DNA of 64,000 nucleotides from Octopus sinensis (lineage: Eukaryota). The position numbers and the translations under genes were made by a program. Numbering within the stretch: position 1 is the first letter of the stretch; each line of letters starts with the position of its first letter. This document shows, in pieces, positions 33,597 to 47,600 of the stretch. The stretch spans positions 93,682,001-93,746,000 of the forward strand of contig NC_042997.1 of assembly GCF_006345805.1 (NCBI RefSeq), read 5' to 3'. A model generated the notes under the pieces. It did not search any database. It saw only the letters and a list, made by a program, of their open reading frames with translations, and was not told where the DNA came from.

Positions 33597-36500
33597 ACCT
33601 TTTTTTGAAGTCTGTGCTGTGTCGTACTGAGAGGCTTGCACTTAAAATTCCTTCATTTTTAATAAAACTTGTTAGTTACTATGGTAATAACACTACCTAT
33701 CTATCTATCTTTCAGACACACACACTCATTCTCTCTCTCTCTCTCTCACTGTATTTCTCTTGCAACAACTCTTTCTTCTTCTCTTCTTCTAAAAGTACGT
33801 TGTTATGTATGTTTTGATTCACCCCTATTTTTCTCTCCCTCTAATAGATGACAGACAGGGATCTGCTTCCCTTTTATAATATAAGATTAACAATACCAAT
33901 TGAAAAGAATTGCCTCAATTATCAAGTAATCCGATGAAAGTGCTAGTAATTGCCTCCATTTTGCATAAGAATATACGAGGTTACATGAGACTATGTGTGA
34001 CTTGAATATGAATACACCGATGACAGGAGGTAATGTTTGGAGATGTTTTAATTGTTATTTCCCTTACAATAGCCTTGGATTTTTGCAAGAACATTCATGC
34101 ATCCCATAGTTATAAATATATGTATGTTTTGTTGATGTATGTGTATGGGATACCCAACATATGATAATATGCACATGCACATATATCAATAAATTACATG
34201 CTGGGTACATATATATCTATATATGGGTATGCATGAACGTTCTTGCATAATGGGTGCTACTTTGGCGTGTGATCCACAAGGGAGATTACTGTAGGACATA
34301 CTTAGCATTGTAAATGTATTTTTTCAAAATTCTTACTATTTTAATAACAAGAAAACCATGTTTCATTTTGTCTTAGTAAATAGTAATAAGAAGTCAAGAA
34401 TAAAGAATGTAATTAAAATGAGTACGTAGATCACCCACCAAAGTAAATTTGCTCATGTAGATCACACGGCAAAATAGCACTAATGCAAAGTAAACTAAGA
34501 AGTAACCTAAAGTAATCTCCCTTTAAATTGCAGAGCACATGCTAAAGTGGCACTGCATAAGGTAGTTAATCTATGTACAAGAAAATTTTAGGACCCAATG
34601 CAAAGGAAGTAACAATTAAGAAATCCTAAAAAGTCACCTCCCTTGAGCTGTGTATTTTTATTGAAGTCTCACATAGTTTTATGTAAGCTTATGTATTTTG
34701 ATCCAAAATGGAGGCAGGATCACTTGAAAGCTGGAAATTCTTTCCACATGAAACTTGGTGGTATTGTCAATTCACAAATATAGACTATCTCTCCACCAAA
34801 TGCAGTGTTGAGCACTTGTTTTTACTGTTTGATACTATTATGTGTGTATACACACACACACACATGTATATATATATATATACATATATATATATACTTG
34901 GAAAAGGATGCGTGGCATTCAATCATATAATGATATAAATAATATATAAATATATGCATATATACATACATATATGTACATACCTACATCTATATGTATA
35001 TATACATGCATATATGGGTACAGAACATCAAAGAAACATTGAACACAATGAGAAACGAAAACACAAAAACAAAAACATGGAAATGAACTTTTTTTCAAAC
35101 AACGAAAAAAAAGAGTACAAGGAGTAGACGAAAGAGGGACAACTGAAGAAGGGGAATATTCCTTGTGTTGTATGTCTTGTACTCTGTTTTTTTGTTGTTT
35201 GAAAAAAGTTTGTTTCCATGTTTTTGTTTCTCATTGTGTTCAACGATTTTTTGATGTCCTGTAACCATATATGCATATATATATGCATATAGATGTAGGT
35301 ATGTACATATATACATTATTTATATTATATATATATATATATATATATACATATATACACACACACACACATATCTATGCATGTGTGTGTGTGCATACGC
35401 ATACACACAGATAGATACATACATACATGCATACACAAATTAAATAGATAGATTGGCTGAATAAAGTGAAGGAAAACTATTTAGAAAACTATTCAGATAA
35501 TTTTATGCAGATGAGATACATTAATAACCTACTTGCCACCACATCCAACAGCATCTAAGCATATGGAAATGACATGGACCTTCATTCTCCAACTATGCAC
35601 CATCCACCATCTACACACATCTAGACATCACACACCAACCTACTTTGACTCCATGAATGGAGACCTTGAATGAATTCTTCATTGAGGTTGTGACAGTTTT
35701 GTCTATTTTAGCACAAGAAAAATAATTAAAAAATTCAAACACTATTCATATTAAGAAAAAAAAAACACTGCCCTACCCCTCTAAATATGAGTGGCACTTG
35801 GCTAGAGCCCTCACAAAAGTGCTGGGCTCACTCAAGATCTCTCCTGAGGAAACCTTATCCTCAGCATAGCTAGAATCGCATTCTGAATGCTATTTCTCCC
35901 CAGGGTCAGAAAATATGTTAGTCCTTAACAACCACTGACACTTTATGAGGTTCAATTAAGGATCACAATGGAATACTGCTCTACTATCTGAGACAGTGTT
36001 TCTGCTGTGCTTAGAGACATCCTGGGCCACATCTCGAGAAGGGCCTCTCAACTGATTGGCATTAAATTATTAATGGAACATTATAGCCTCTGACACACAG
36101 GTGTGCTGTCTCTTCACTGTGTCTCATCTATCACAAGTATAATGGCCTCTGGTTCTCAGAGAATGTTGCTCTCATATATATGTTCATTACTTAGATACCT
36201 CCAACTCACTTGTCTTTCCACCTTTCATCACTCTTGTCTCACTCCATCACCACCCCAGCCCCTTGTCACCAGCAGTAACCACTGGCTCAGTATTTCTTCC
36301 CCCAGGACATTGGTCATCCAGAATCTTTTCCCGGCTCATGTCTTTCTTACAAGTGCTGACCTACAACAGTTTAAATGGAACATTATCAGCATCAAACTCA
36401 CAAATCTCAGAGGGTTTGCACATGTGTACTCTTCTTTCCTCCAAACTCAGTAAGCAAAGTTGATTTTAACAATGTTCAATGTATTATAATTTTGTAATTA

Positions 36501-39500
36501 CAGACAGATATTACTAAATGTTTATAAATTCCAGCAGACAATATCTAATTATGTTTTTGCCTCTGTTAAAAAAAGCATAATACTTGAAACTTCCAGCCAT
36601 ATATTTATAATTTGCATATAAACAAACATTATTTGTTACAGTATGTATACATGAAAAATTTGTAAATCAAAAACAAAAAAAATCTAATAAAAATATACAT
36701 AAATACATATATACATGAATATATAAATAGATACATTATCTGTAATAATAATGCAAAAAGAGATACAAGTTCAATCACAACCAAATTTCAACTTTACAAC
36801 TACATCATACTTAACTACAAAAAATAGCCAAATGATTGCCTTTAAAGTACACCAAGTAGTGAAACTCATGCATATAGTTTACTAATATACATGCCTTCTG
36901 CTAACAATAAAACATCTTAAAAAAAGAAAAATGAAATTTGTTTTTCATACAACAAATAAATCAGTGATAAAGCAAGGATAAATTTTTCATTGACTGATTT
37001 ACTCTTTTACTCTTTTACTTGTTTCAGTCATTTGACTGCGGCCATGCTGGAGCACCACCTTTAGTCAAGCAAATCAACCCCGGGACTTATTCTATCGGTC
37101 TCTTTTGCTGAACGGCTAAGTGACGGGGACGTAAACACACCAGCATCGGTTGTCAAGCAATGCTAGGGGGACAAACACAGACACACACTCATACATATAT
37201 ATATATATACATATATATATACGACAGGCTTCTTTCGGTTTCCGTCTACCAAATCCACTCACAAGGCATTGGTCAGCCCGGGGCTATAGCAGAAGACACT
37301 TGCCCAAGATGCCACGCAGTGGGACTGAACCCGGAACAATGTGGTTGGTTAGCAAGCTACTTACCACACAGCCACTCCTGCGCCTGAACATTTTTTTTTT
37401 TGTTTTTTGTTTTCCCTAATTTATGACAGGAAATCAGTTGCTATATTAACCCATTTGTTACTTTTGTTTCTGTACTTCTTTTGAAATGCACTGCCTTGTT
37501 TCAGTTGATTTTGAAAATAAAGAATTCAGTAAAGTACTTGTGTCATTATTAAGCTGATGCATAAATTGGCATGAAATTTTGATGAAAGGTTTAAATTTAA
37601 ATCCTATCAAAGAATCAGAGGTAGTCTACAACAAATTTGTCTCAAAAGAGTTAATATTACAAAGCACTCTTTTTAACCTTTTAGCATTTAAACCGACCAG
37701 ATCCAGCCCAAATATTCTACCTGTTTCATACTGCAAGAGGCCAGATCAACCTCTTAGACCTACTCTACAATGTCATTCTAAATCATCATTGAAATCTTGA
37801 AGCTATGAGATAATAATGCATGATTAATTGAAAACAGTGTGAATAAGTAAATAATCATTTCATTCAACAGGGTAATCTGATTGCTAAAAGGTTAAAATAC
37901 AATATAAGTCACTGATTCCCCATTTCATCCTTCATCACTCTCACTCACCAAATTTTATAACTGTTTTACTTCAACAGAATATTTATATCCCCAAACCTGT
38001 TTCTTTTGCCTATTTTCAAAGCTCTCCTCTCTACAAGATATCGTTTCTCCAAATCCGCCACTCAATTTTCATAGCTGTTTTAGCTTAGCAAAGTTCAGAA
38101 GTAACATTTCTTAAATAGAATTTAGTGCTTTCCTTTTGCCTTTCTATCTCTTTAACTATTATAACTATCTTTAAATAATACTAGGATCTGCTCCACACTT
38201 CACTCCCCCCTCTCTCTCTTGCCCTCTCTCCCCACCTCTCTCTCTCTCCCTGTAAATAACAATTTTGTTTACTTTACAAGCAGTGTTAAGTTATTCATTC
38301 CCTAATTAATGAAGGGTTTACACCCTTGTTACAGTTTCTCCAGTTTGCAAAATGGAGAATCACAATTTAAATCTATCACACAATGGTCAGAAGACTAAAT
38401 CAGATGTTTGTAAAAAGTCAATAAATTGTTCAACACTCAAGCTACCCATTGGTGAAGGAAATGAAATATGTTGCTCAATGATATCCCAATTTTTTTCACA
38501 ACGCTGTTTTTGTATGAGAAGAGAAACTACATAGTTCTTACTCTTTTCATACTCAAAGTCTGAACTCCAGTAGACTGGTGAGTTTCTTTAGGTTCGGGCT
38601 GTTCTTCACTTGAACTGTCAGATTCCACATGTCCAAGAACAGGTTGACTAGCGCGAGGAACAAAGCCAATGTCCCCTAGGTTGTAGTGAGCTGGTGGAAT
38701 ATCTCTTCCCTTTAGTTGAATAGGTGGCAAATTTCTTGAAAATAATAAACAACAGAATTATTAGCAATGGACATTCGGTCATTTGTTCATGCATTCATAC
38801 ATACATATCAAACATTTAAGCTAAACTTTAGATGGATTTGTTTACAAACCAATATAATATGCACTTGTGAAACATGCCAAGGGGAAACAAATACTGACTC
38901 AACAGTTAAAAGTGGTACTGAATGAAAGAAAGAATCCAGCCATCCATCATCATTCACTTTTTGATGCTTGCATGGGTCAGATGAAATTGTTTGAGGAAAA
39001 TTTTCTACAGCAGGATGCTGTTCCTGTCACCAACACTCACCAGTTTCCAAGTAAGATAAATTTTCCCTGTGGGTGGACATGTTTCCATGGAAGCCTAGAA
39101 ACAAAAGACTTGTATGATGGGGATACTAATTTACAACAGTCACACAATGTCAAGACAAGAAGACACCAATTCACACACAGACAAGCGCGCGCACACACAC
39201 ACATGCGCATATGAGGATTGGTTTTCATTTCAAATGCTATCTTGTAAACATAACTGTATTCTCATTTTATCTTTTCTTATTAGGTTTTTACAAATTTTCA
39301 TATGAAATCCTTAGTCTGTTTGAAACACTTGAGTGTCATTGATAAAACACAACTACTTGGAAGGTTCAAAGTACATCATCTTTGGTATGGTCTAATACCT
39401 AGACTGCAATGGCTATTTTTACTTTGTGACTTTGCCATAACTCAGGTAAAGGCAATGGAGAAGCTGTGCAACAAATTCACGTGACGGTGGCTGGTATACC

Positions 39501-42500
39501 ATATCATCCACTACTTAATTAGTAGATGGTATAGTATTATAAAACACACAAATCTACCAATCCATACATACAGAAATTTCAACTTACATTATTTTCCTCT
39601 TCTCTTGCGTTCTAGGTACATCAGTTTGTGGAGAACGTGATCGATTTAAGTCAGCAATTCCTGGTCCTAATCCAAGAACTCGGGCTGTATTTAATATCAT
39701 GAGCAAATGTTGCAACATATTATCTCGTTGAGTTCCTATCAATTCTTGTGACTCTGATGTGTTATCATCTGCATCTAAAGACTGCAAAATAATTGAATTT
39801 GATAGTAGTAAATTAAATATATTTCTTTGAAAGACTAAAGTTTTTTCAATATTCATTAGGTTGGGAAATTCGCTTAAAAATACATAAAATAAGTGCAAAA
39901 CTTTTTAACCCTCTCAGGCCTGGGCTCTGGGTTCCTGTGTCTAACTTTACTCCCTACCTGGTCTCCTAAACAAAAGAAAATAAATAGTTGTATACACAGC
40001 CGAAGAGTAATGATTGCAGGCAAACTAATGGACAGAATCATTAAAAAAAATTTAGTAGAATAACAATAATAGGCCTAACTCTCAACAACCACCAGTATTC
40101 TACCTTAGTATACCAGTCGGCCCACCATGTTGATCCTTGTTTGATGCATAAATGCTTTTTCCAGTGGCTGCACCACAGTGCTGTTTTTGCCATCTTCTCT
40201 GGGATGTCTTTATAAGCTACCTCAGGGCTACTCCTTTTCTATCTCTGGTGTTTGCAGATGCTTCAACAGGTACTTCTGAAAAGAGAGACCCTTGGATATG
40301 GTGTAGGTCACATGACTCTTTTCATATGCACAAACAAGCAGATGAGAGATAATTTCCAATGAGGGTTAGACAAAGTTCCTGAAGTTACCAAATGTTGCCT
40401 TTTAGCATTGAAAAGAATGAATGAATTATATAACAAGCTCACATGAAGAATTTTATAAACAGACGCCTTGGCCACCTGCAAAGCTTGCTACTGTGGTTTA
40501 GATGGATCATCTGGTCATTTTTATCACATCTACACATAAATTAGTTGTAGTCTTTCACAAGTTTGGGCATTAGTATTTCTGATACAGAGCCATGCTTATT
40601 TCTTCTGCTGGTTGTTACAAAATCTGGGATATCGTAATTTTATATCTGAAGAATCGGCTTTCTTTCCTGCCAACCATGCATACCACACTCCTATGACACA
40701 GATATTAGAAATTTCCCCCACTTGAATAGCTTCTCTACTTTTAGGGATTTTGGGACATGTTTCTAATTCAGCATTGACTTTCCCACAACTCCCATGTAGA
40801 TTTAATTCATAGCATATTTTGACAGGAAAACTAAGTTGTGGTACCCGTCCATCACAAGGACATATGATCTATTTTCCAATTCAGATTATATGAATTAGTT
40901 CTATGAAAGTATTCCCACCCAAACCAAGTTTTTTGTCAATGATTTCTCATACCTCACTGTAAATTTCTGCATTCATCACATAACCAGTCTCAGTTTTACA
41001 CAATGAAAAAGGTTTTATTCCCCATTTTGTAGGTTTATCCATTATATACTGTTTGAGTGCACTTTAGATTTTATAGAGGGAGTCATCCCCCTCATCCAGG
41101 CTGAGATGCTTATGTGGTTTGTAGTAATATCAACATTTCTGCACGAAATTGGTTAGTATTGGTCTTACTTAATAAATTCTGTCAGTCTTGTCAATTGCCA
41201 GACCTTCTTCATCAATAACATACAGAAATGTTCAAATTGCACAAAACTGATCACAAGTCACGATGCTACAAAAACCAGGAGTATTACCTAAAATGTCAGC
41301 ACTGTCGTTTGACCAATAGTCCCTGTTACTAGGTTTCACACACAAATACTCCATATACAACTTTATCACTATAAAAACTTTTATTTCTTCTACCGAAACA
41401 TTTTTGAAAGGTTTTAGCACATGAATTAGGCTTATTCCTGTGAACCTGGCTTGCATGTAGTGTTGTCATCCTTACCAAATTATCCCAAAATCCATCATCT
41501 GCAAACAGGCTGAGAAAATCAATGCCCTGACTGTCATTTGTTATGAACTCAGGAATGTTTTGTGGGCTTAAATAATTTTTGCTAAACTGTAGACCAACAC
41601 AAAGCACAGTAAATGTGTCTACTCAACTTCATCTAGATTTACATAATCTTCACCACCCTTATTAGTATCAGCTGTGTGAGGGCCACTCCCAATTTCTTCA
41701 CCTGAATCACTACTTTCCTTGTCGCTTTCAGCAGTTTCATTCTCCGAATTACTTTCACTGTTTGCATAAGGGTTAAACTTGAGGAAATTCTTGCTCACCT
41801 TCGTTCAAAGCATAAATATCATCAATAATTCCTAACTGTAAAAAGTTTAGGCCTTGCTTGTTTACCAAAGTGGTGAGTTCACCACATACTCATTTCATCA
41901 CAAAAAAAAAATCCCTTTTTTTTCCAGTTAAAAACAGAAGTAAACAACAGCAATGGGGTGAGGCAATTAACAATGAGTCATAAACATACGTGACTACAAA
42001 TCAATTGCCTTTTTAGTATTCTATCTTCTTTTTCTACATGTGTTATTCCTTAGCACTTAATGGGAATCAGGTAGAGATTATGTTTAGGCTATTCACACTA
42101 TAACAGGAACACAGCATGACAGGGTTAAGAACTTGTTGAGTTTAGAGTAGTTTGTGTGTGTGTGGGGGGGGGGAGGCTCATTCTTCCTGTTAAAGTGTTG
42201 GGTGGGTTTGACTTCTGCTTCTTGTATGTGTACAACTTCGGTGACCTTTCTTAGTGTTGGATTAATATGAGTGTATGAAAATGGAAAAGGAGGGAAAAAA
42301 AAGACCTTACTTCATGAAAAAGAAAATATCCTTACATCACCAGAATGGAAAATGCTCTTCTATGCATTTTAAGCAAGAATGCTGATAAATAAAAGGGATC
42401 TATAACCTCTCTATTAAAAGCCATGGAAAGCATATAATGAAGCAGAATTGAGTAACTGTAGAATATGAGATGATGAAGAAGCAATTAACATTATTACTGG

Positions 42501-44571
42501 ATACTCAGTCTTAGTCAAGAAAGAATGCATCCACAGACATGATAAAGTTTGGACTTACACTGAAAGTTATGCCAGAATTATGAGATACTAACAGGAAAGA
42601 GATGGTATACATGTACAGTTGAAAAGGTCACAAAGCCACATACCTCAGGATGTGCCAATACAAATAGACAGGGAGATCAAGGCTAACCAACCAGATATTG
42701 TTACCAAGCACAAGAATAATAAATGACTCCTAATCAATATATCAGTCCCAACAGATGATAATGTATCTCTAAAAATGTTAGAGGAATTAACCTGGAAATA
42801 GAGATAACCTGACTGTGGGGGCCTGTAAACAGAAACAATTCATATAATAATAGGTGCTTTGGGAATGATCAAATACCAATATAGCACACAGGTCTGCCAT
42901 TGAGTGGTAGCTTTAAAAGAGAATAAATTGTCCAGCCACATAAGAGTAAAGTTACAGATGAAGCCACTGCAATAGTATTCTACTTGAGTGAACAAACTTC
43001 TTGCCAGAATCAAGTTAGTCAAAATAGTTTTGCTTTTTCTACCAGAAGCATCAAAGAGAGTTATTCCACTCAAATCAGATGTCACCAATTGTTTGATCTT
43101 AATTTAAGCTTTCTTTTTATCTAGAACTAAGAGTAGCTCCTTTTGAGGGGCATACAGTTCTAATTGTTAAATGTTGATGGTTAAATGGTTGCCTAAAAAA
43201 ATTAAGAATTGCAGCTGCATTGCATACTGTTTATGATCATTGCCAGCCATGGACTGTGTAATATTTTTGATGTAAACTAGAACTTGGACTAGTTCTTACA
43301 TGGTACATGTAAGCTCTAAGGGTTTTTTAAACTCTTGTTATGCTTCTGTCACATTGAGAACTGGATAATGGACAGGCACAAAAATATTTAAGTAAAGCAG
43401 CTCCTTAACTTGCTAGGAGAATGTGAGACTGCAGCCTTTTTTTTTATCAAGTATTGTTCCAGTCTGAATCATCTTACAAGAGATATCTTTTCTGGTAAGT
43501 TTCATTGCATGTTCCACAGACATATCAAATAACTGTTTTTGAAGGTCTTGAAATGAGGTTATGCAGAAGCTGTCTGAGATTTAAATAGATCATTAAAATA
43601 CCTCATTTAAAAATCATATCTTCACGAAGTTAGTACGTGGTTTCAAATACTACAGAAAATAGGAAATAGCTTATTTTTCCTTTGTTTTACATGTATATAA
43701 TGATATTAAATCATGTTTACTTAATGTGCTTTAACTTGATGTTCTGCTTCATAATGTCCTTACCCATGATCCATCATTTTGCTTTCCTCTGCTTCTCCCC
43801 ACCACTTCCACAAATCTTGCAAAAAGGTTAAGGGTATTACCATTTTTCCTCTGATGAGGACAAAACCACAAAAAAGAAAATATGAAAACTAAGGATAAGA
43901 GTTGTTCTCTGATTGGAGCTCTTAGCCAAATATGAGAGGGTGCTGGAAAATTCCTGGCTTTAAGGGAATCACGAAAGGCCTGGCTGGAGGCCCAAAATTC
44001 TGAGTTCTTTTTTAGGGCTTAGAAAAACTGAAGGACCACTGCAATAACTATATAAATCTGAGAGGGGAGTATGTTGAATAAAATCATAATTAACTGATCC
44101 TCCTAGTATTTTCTTTTACTCAAAGCCAGGAACTTTTCAGTACCACTCACACTCTCAACAGAGAGAACTCTGTTAAAGAGATGTTGCTCATGTCTAACAG
44201 GGCTACATTTACAGTCCATTCAATGTGATTCTACACAGTTTCCATCAACCTAATTTAACTCAGAAGGCTTAGGTGGACACAAAGACATTTGTTCATGATT
44301 TCAAACTGAACTTCATAAGCCACACAGAAATACTCAGAATATATAGTTAAAGAACTTTTCAAATTTACCAAGAGGTAATCCTTTATAGCAGTTGAAGCAT
44401 CTTGAAGGATTTGCAATATCATAGAATTCTCTTCTCTGATATCATCAAATTTCGTCTCTGTATCACGCAACTTTTCAGTCAATTCTTTTGAATTATGTAA
44501 AGCAGTTCGAATAGTTTCCCTGAAAAGAAAAAGCAAAACAAAACAAACAATATGTATGTATGTATGTATGT

Positions 44572-44617
<46 letters not shown>

Positions 44618-47600
44618 ATGTGTGTGTGAGTGTGTGCATGTGTGTGTATAGATATATATATATATATATACATATATATGGTCTATCTTAACCACTTAAT
44701 AAATATACATAATAAATAAACATTGGACAGAAATAACTATTGGTGCTAATATGATCTACTAAATCCCTTGCAAGTGATACTCCAGAATGGCCACAAATAA
44801 CTGAAGTGAGAAAAAGGTAAAAAAAAAACAAATTAACAGTTATGTAAAAACCCTTAAAAAAGAATATGGCTAAAGTGATTGGATTATTACTTCAGAACTC
44901 TAAGAGGCAACTGTATGATTCTTCTTCAGTTCTGATATACTAACCACCCACTTATGGAAGTGAAGAGAATAACAACAAAGTTTAATGATGGGAGATAATA
45001 TGAATAATCATTACTACATTTTTACCTGATACTTTTAATTAAGACTGCTAACACCTTTCATTTTCAGTTTTTTCTTCATATTCCAGAAAAGAAAAAAATG
45101 CCAGGTTTGGAAAAATATTACTACATATTACCTTCAGGACTGTGATACAAGCAATGTGATAATATTCACAATAACAGTACTTTTAATAATAAAAACAAAA
45201 TAAATTTTGTAAAGCACATTTGCCAGTGCAATGTAGAAAGCATCCAAGCTGGCACAATTCAAAAGCACCCATACTTGTGCCACGTAAAAAGCACCCGGCA
45301 CATTCTGTAAAGTGGCTGGTGTTTGGAAGGGCATCCAACCATAGAAACTAAGCCAAATCAGACTGGAACCTGGTGTAGCTCTCCTGCTCACCAGCTCCAG
45401 TCAAATCATCCAACCCATGCCAGCATGAAAAACAGACATTAAACTATGATAATAATTATGATGATGAAATTACAGGGTGCATGTTGAACAACCAGCTAAA
45501 TAGAATGTGGTTTCAAATTCACTGTATGACTTATGTAGTGCCTTTAGGAAGATCCCTTAATGTTACATGCACCTAACAGTAGATAATATGATACAGATTT
45601 TCTGAGATTATTTTTTAATAAACTGGCACTTCATCCACTGAAGAGTCATCTATGCTTCTTAATGTAAATGGATCTGGAGCTAAATAATGTTATCATAAGC
45701 CACTGCAGCTCATCATCAATCATATTTTTTATTTTCCATGGCAAACTATAAAATTGCTTCTTGTAATTTGACGGTCTATTTGCTGCTTTACATCCATATT
45801 TCCATGTTTTCAATTTTTCAGCTTAAACTTTTACAAGTCAGTACCAGTAGGAAAATTGTGAACAAAGAAAGTTCCAGAAAAAGACTTCTGAGTGGAGTCT
45901 GGAATACTAGATGGTAGATGTGGTGAGAGAAGGAAACCTGGGTTTACTAAGTAGATTACTAGTTCAGTACATTTGGTTAGAATCCCACCAACAATTTTCC
46001 AAGAATAAGGACCAACTAAAGGTGATTACTGGAACAGCATACCTATACAAGTGTGCTACCCACAAATTTGTTTCCTAAGTTCCAGAAAAATGGATATTTT
46101 TTAATGAAATTTCCTACAAACACACTTCAGATAGTGTAGATTCAGATTATATTGGAAATTATTGTGAATATTTTTTCTGCGAGTGGAAAGAGGAATCTTG
46201 GAAAATTCCCATGAGTTAAGTTTGTTTCTTCATGGCTTTCAGAAAAATAGGTATTTTTTAACGAAATTTTCTACAAATACCTTTCAGATGAAATTTATTG
46301 TGGAAAATAAAAGTGTTGAGTATGTACACATACATACTGACACATATCACAATTGTTTTAGAAATTTCAAGTTTCATTTTGCAGATGTATGTGATGTGTG
46401 TCAGTAAGTATGTGTTTGAGTCCATCAATTTTCTTTCTTTTATTTTTTCATATTGAATTCCAAATTTATTTTTTTCATATTGAATTTCTAAAACAATTGT
46501 GATGTGTGTCAGTATGTATGTGTACATACCCAACACTTTTATTTTCCACAATAAATTTCAATATAATCGTAATCTATGCCATCTGAAAGGTATGTGTAGA
46601 AAATTTCATTAACAAAATACCTATTGTTCTGAAAATTATGAGGAAACTAGCGACATGTGTAAATTTTCCAAAACTCTTTTCACCTTGTTTGGAAAAATTT
46701 TTTCATGACAAATTCTGGTATAATTGTAATCTACTCCATTTGAAGAGTATTTGTAAAACATTTCATTAAAATATCCATTTTCTGGAAGCTATGAGGTAAG
46801 CCATTAGAACATTGTCAGATTTAGTTGTTTCATCAAAGTTTTCACCTAGCAAGTATATATGGTGTTTGGTGGTAATGATGGGGATGAGTACTTTGGGTGT
46901 GACTACCATGTAGAACTGGAAGCAGCATTGTAGCTTTACCTTTCAAAACCATCCTAGCTGAAGAGTTGGGATAAAAAGACTTTGCAAATTTTGAATAGAT
47001 CTCTTTGATGAGGGATCAAAGAGCCTGGTTATAATTTGGGAGGCAAGGGAGTATACATGCCAGACAATGCACAAAGCACATCCTTCAGAATTCTGATAAT
47101 TCTCTATTACACAATGCAACAAAATTATTATTTATGTTGGTTTTTGGTCAGTAAGTGTTATTTCCTATTTGCTTCTATCTAGAAATCAAAGGAAATGACT
47201 ACTATTCCTTTCAAACTTGTTTTTGTCACCTGGATATCAATGTTTGGAAACTGACCTATTTACCATTACCTCTCATTCAGTGCTTATCCGGTGCTGCGTT
47301 GCTGAAGCAGAAATACCATTATAGCAAATATTCTGCTCAATACCACAGGTTTGCTCATCAGTTGCTTGACCTTAACCAGTTGAGCATGTCCTTTAGTGGT
47401 TGACAATATGTGCATCTCTAATGATGAACAGGAGTAGTGGGAGAACATCATAGCCATGTGTTGAGAGAGATTCTTTGGAGTCTGAATAAATATCTTAAAA
47501 GCAAAGTTTGAAAGAAATATTAGCCATTTTTCATATTTCCTAGGGGTAAGCAAATAAGAAATAACAGTTGCTACTCAAGGGTAACAATCACGTTACACAG

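Noticed and set aside
35530-36453. ORF 36103..36453 as a host gene
   Set aside because: No splice context. Its end (IKLTNLRG...SFLQT) resembles the start of a LINE endonuclease, so it is probably an old LINE 5' fragment that cannot be classified by eye.
38527-38541. CFAP157 stop codon at 38527
   Set aside because: A good gtaaga donor precedes it and an in-phase terminal exon exists at 21110-21256. It is not fully excluded as an alternative end.
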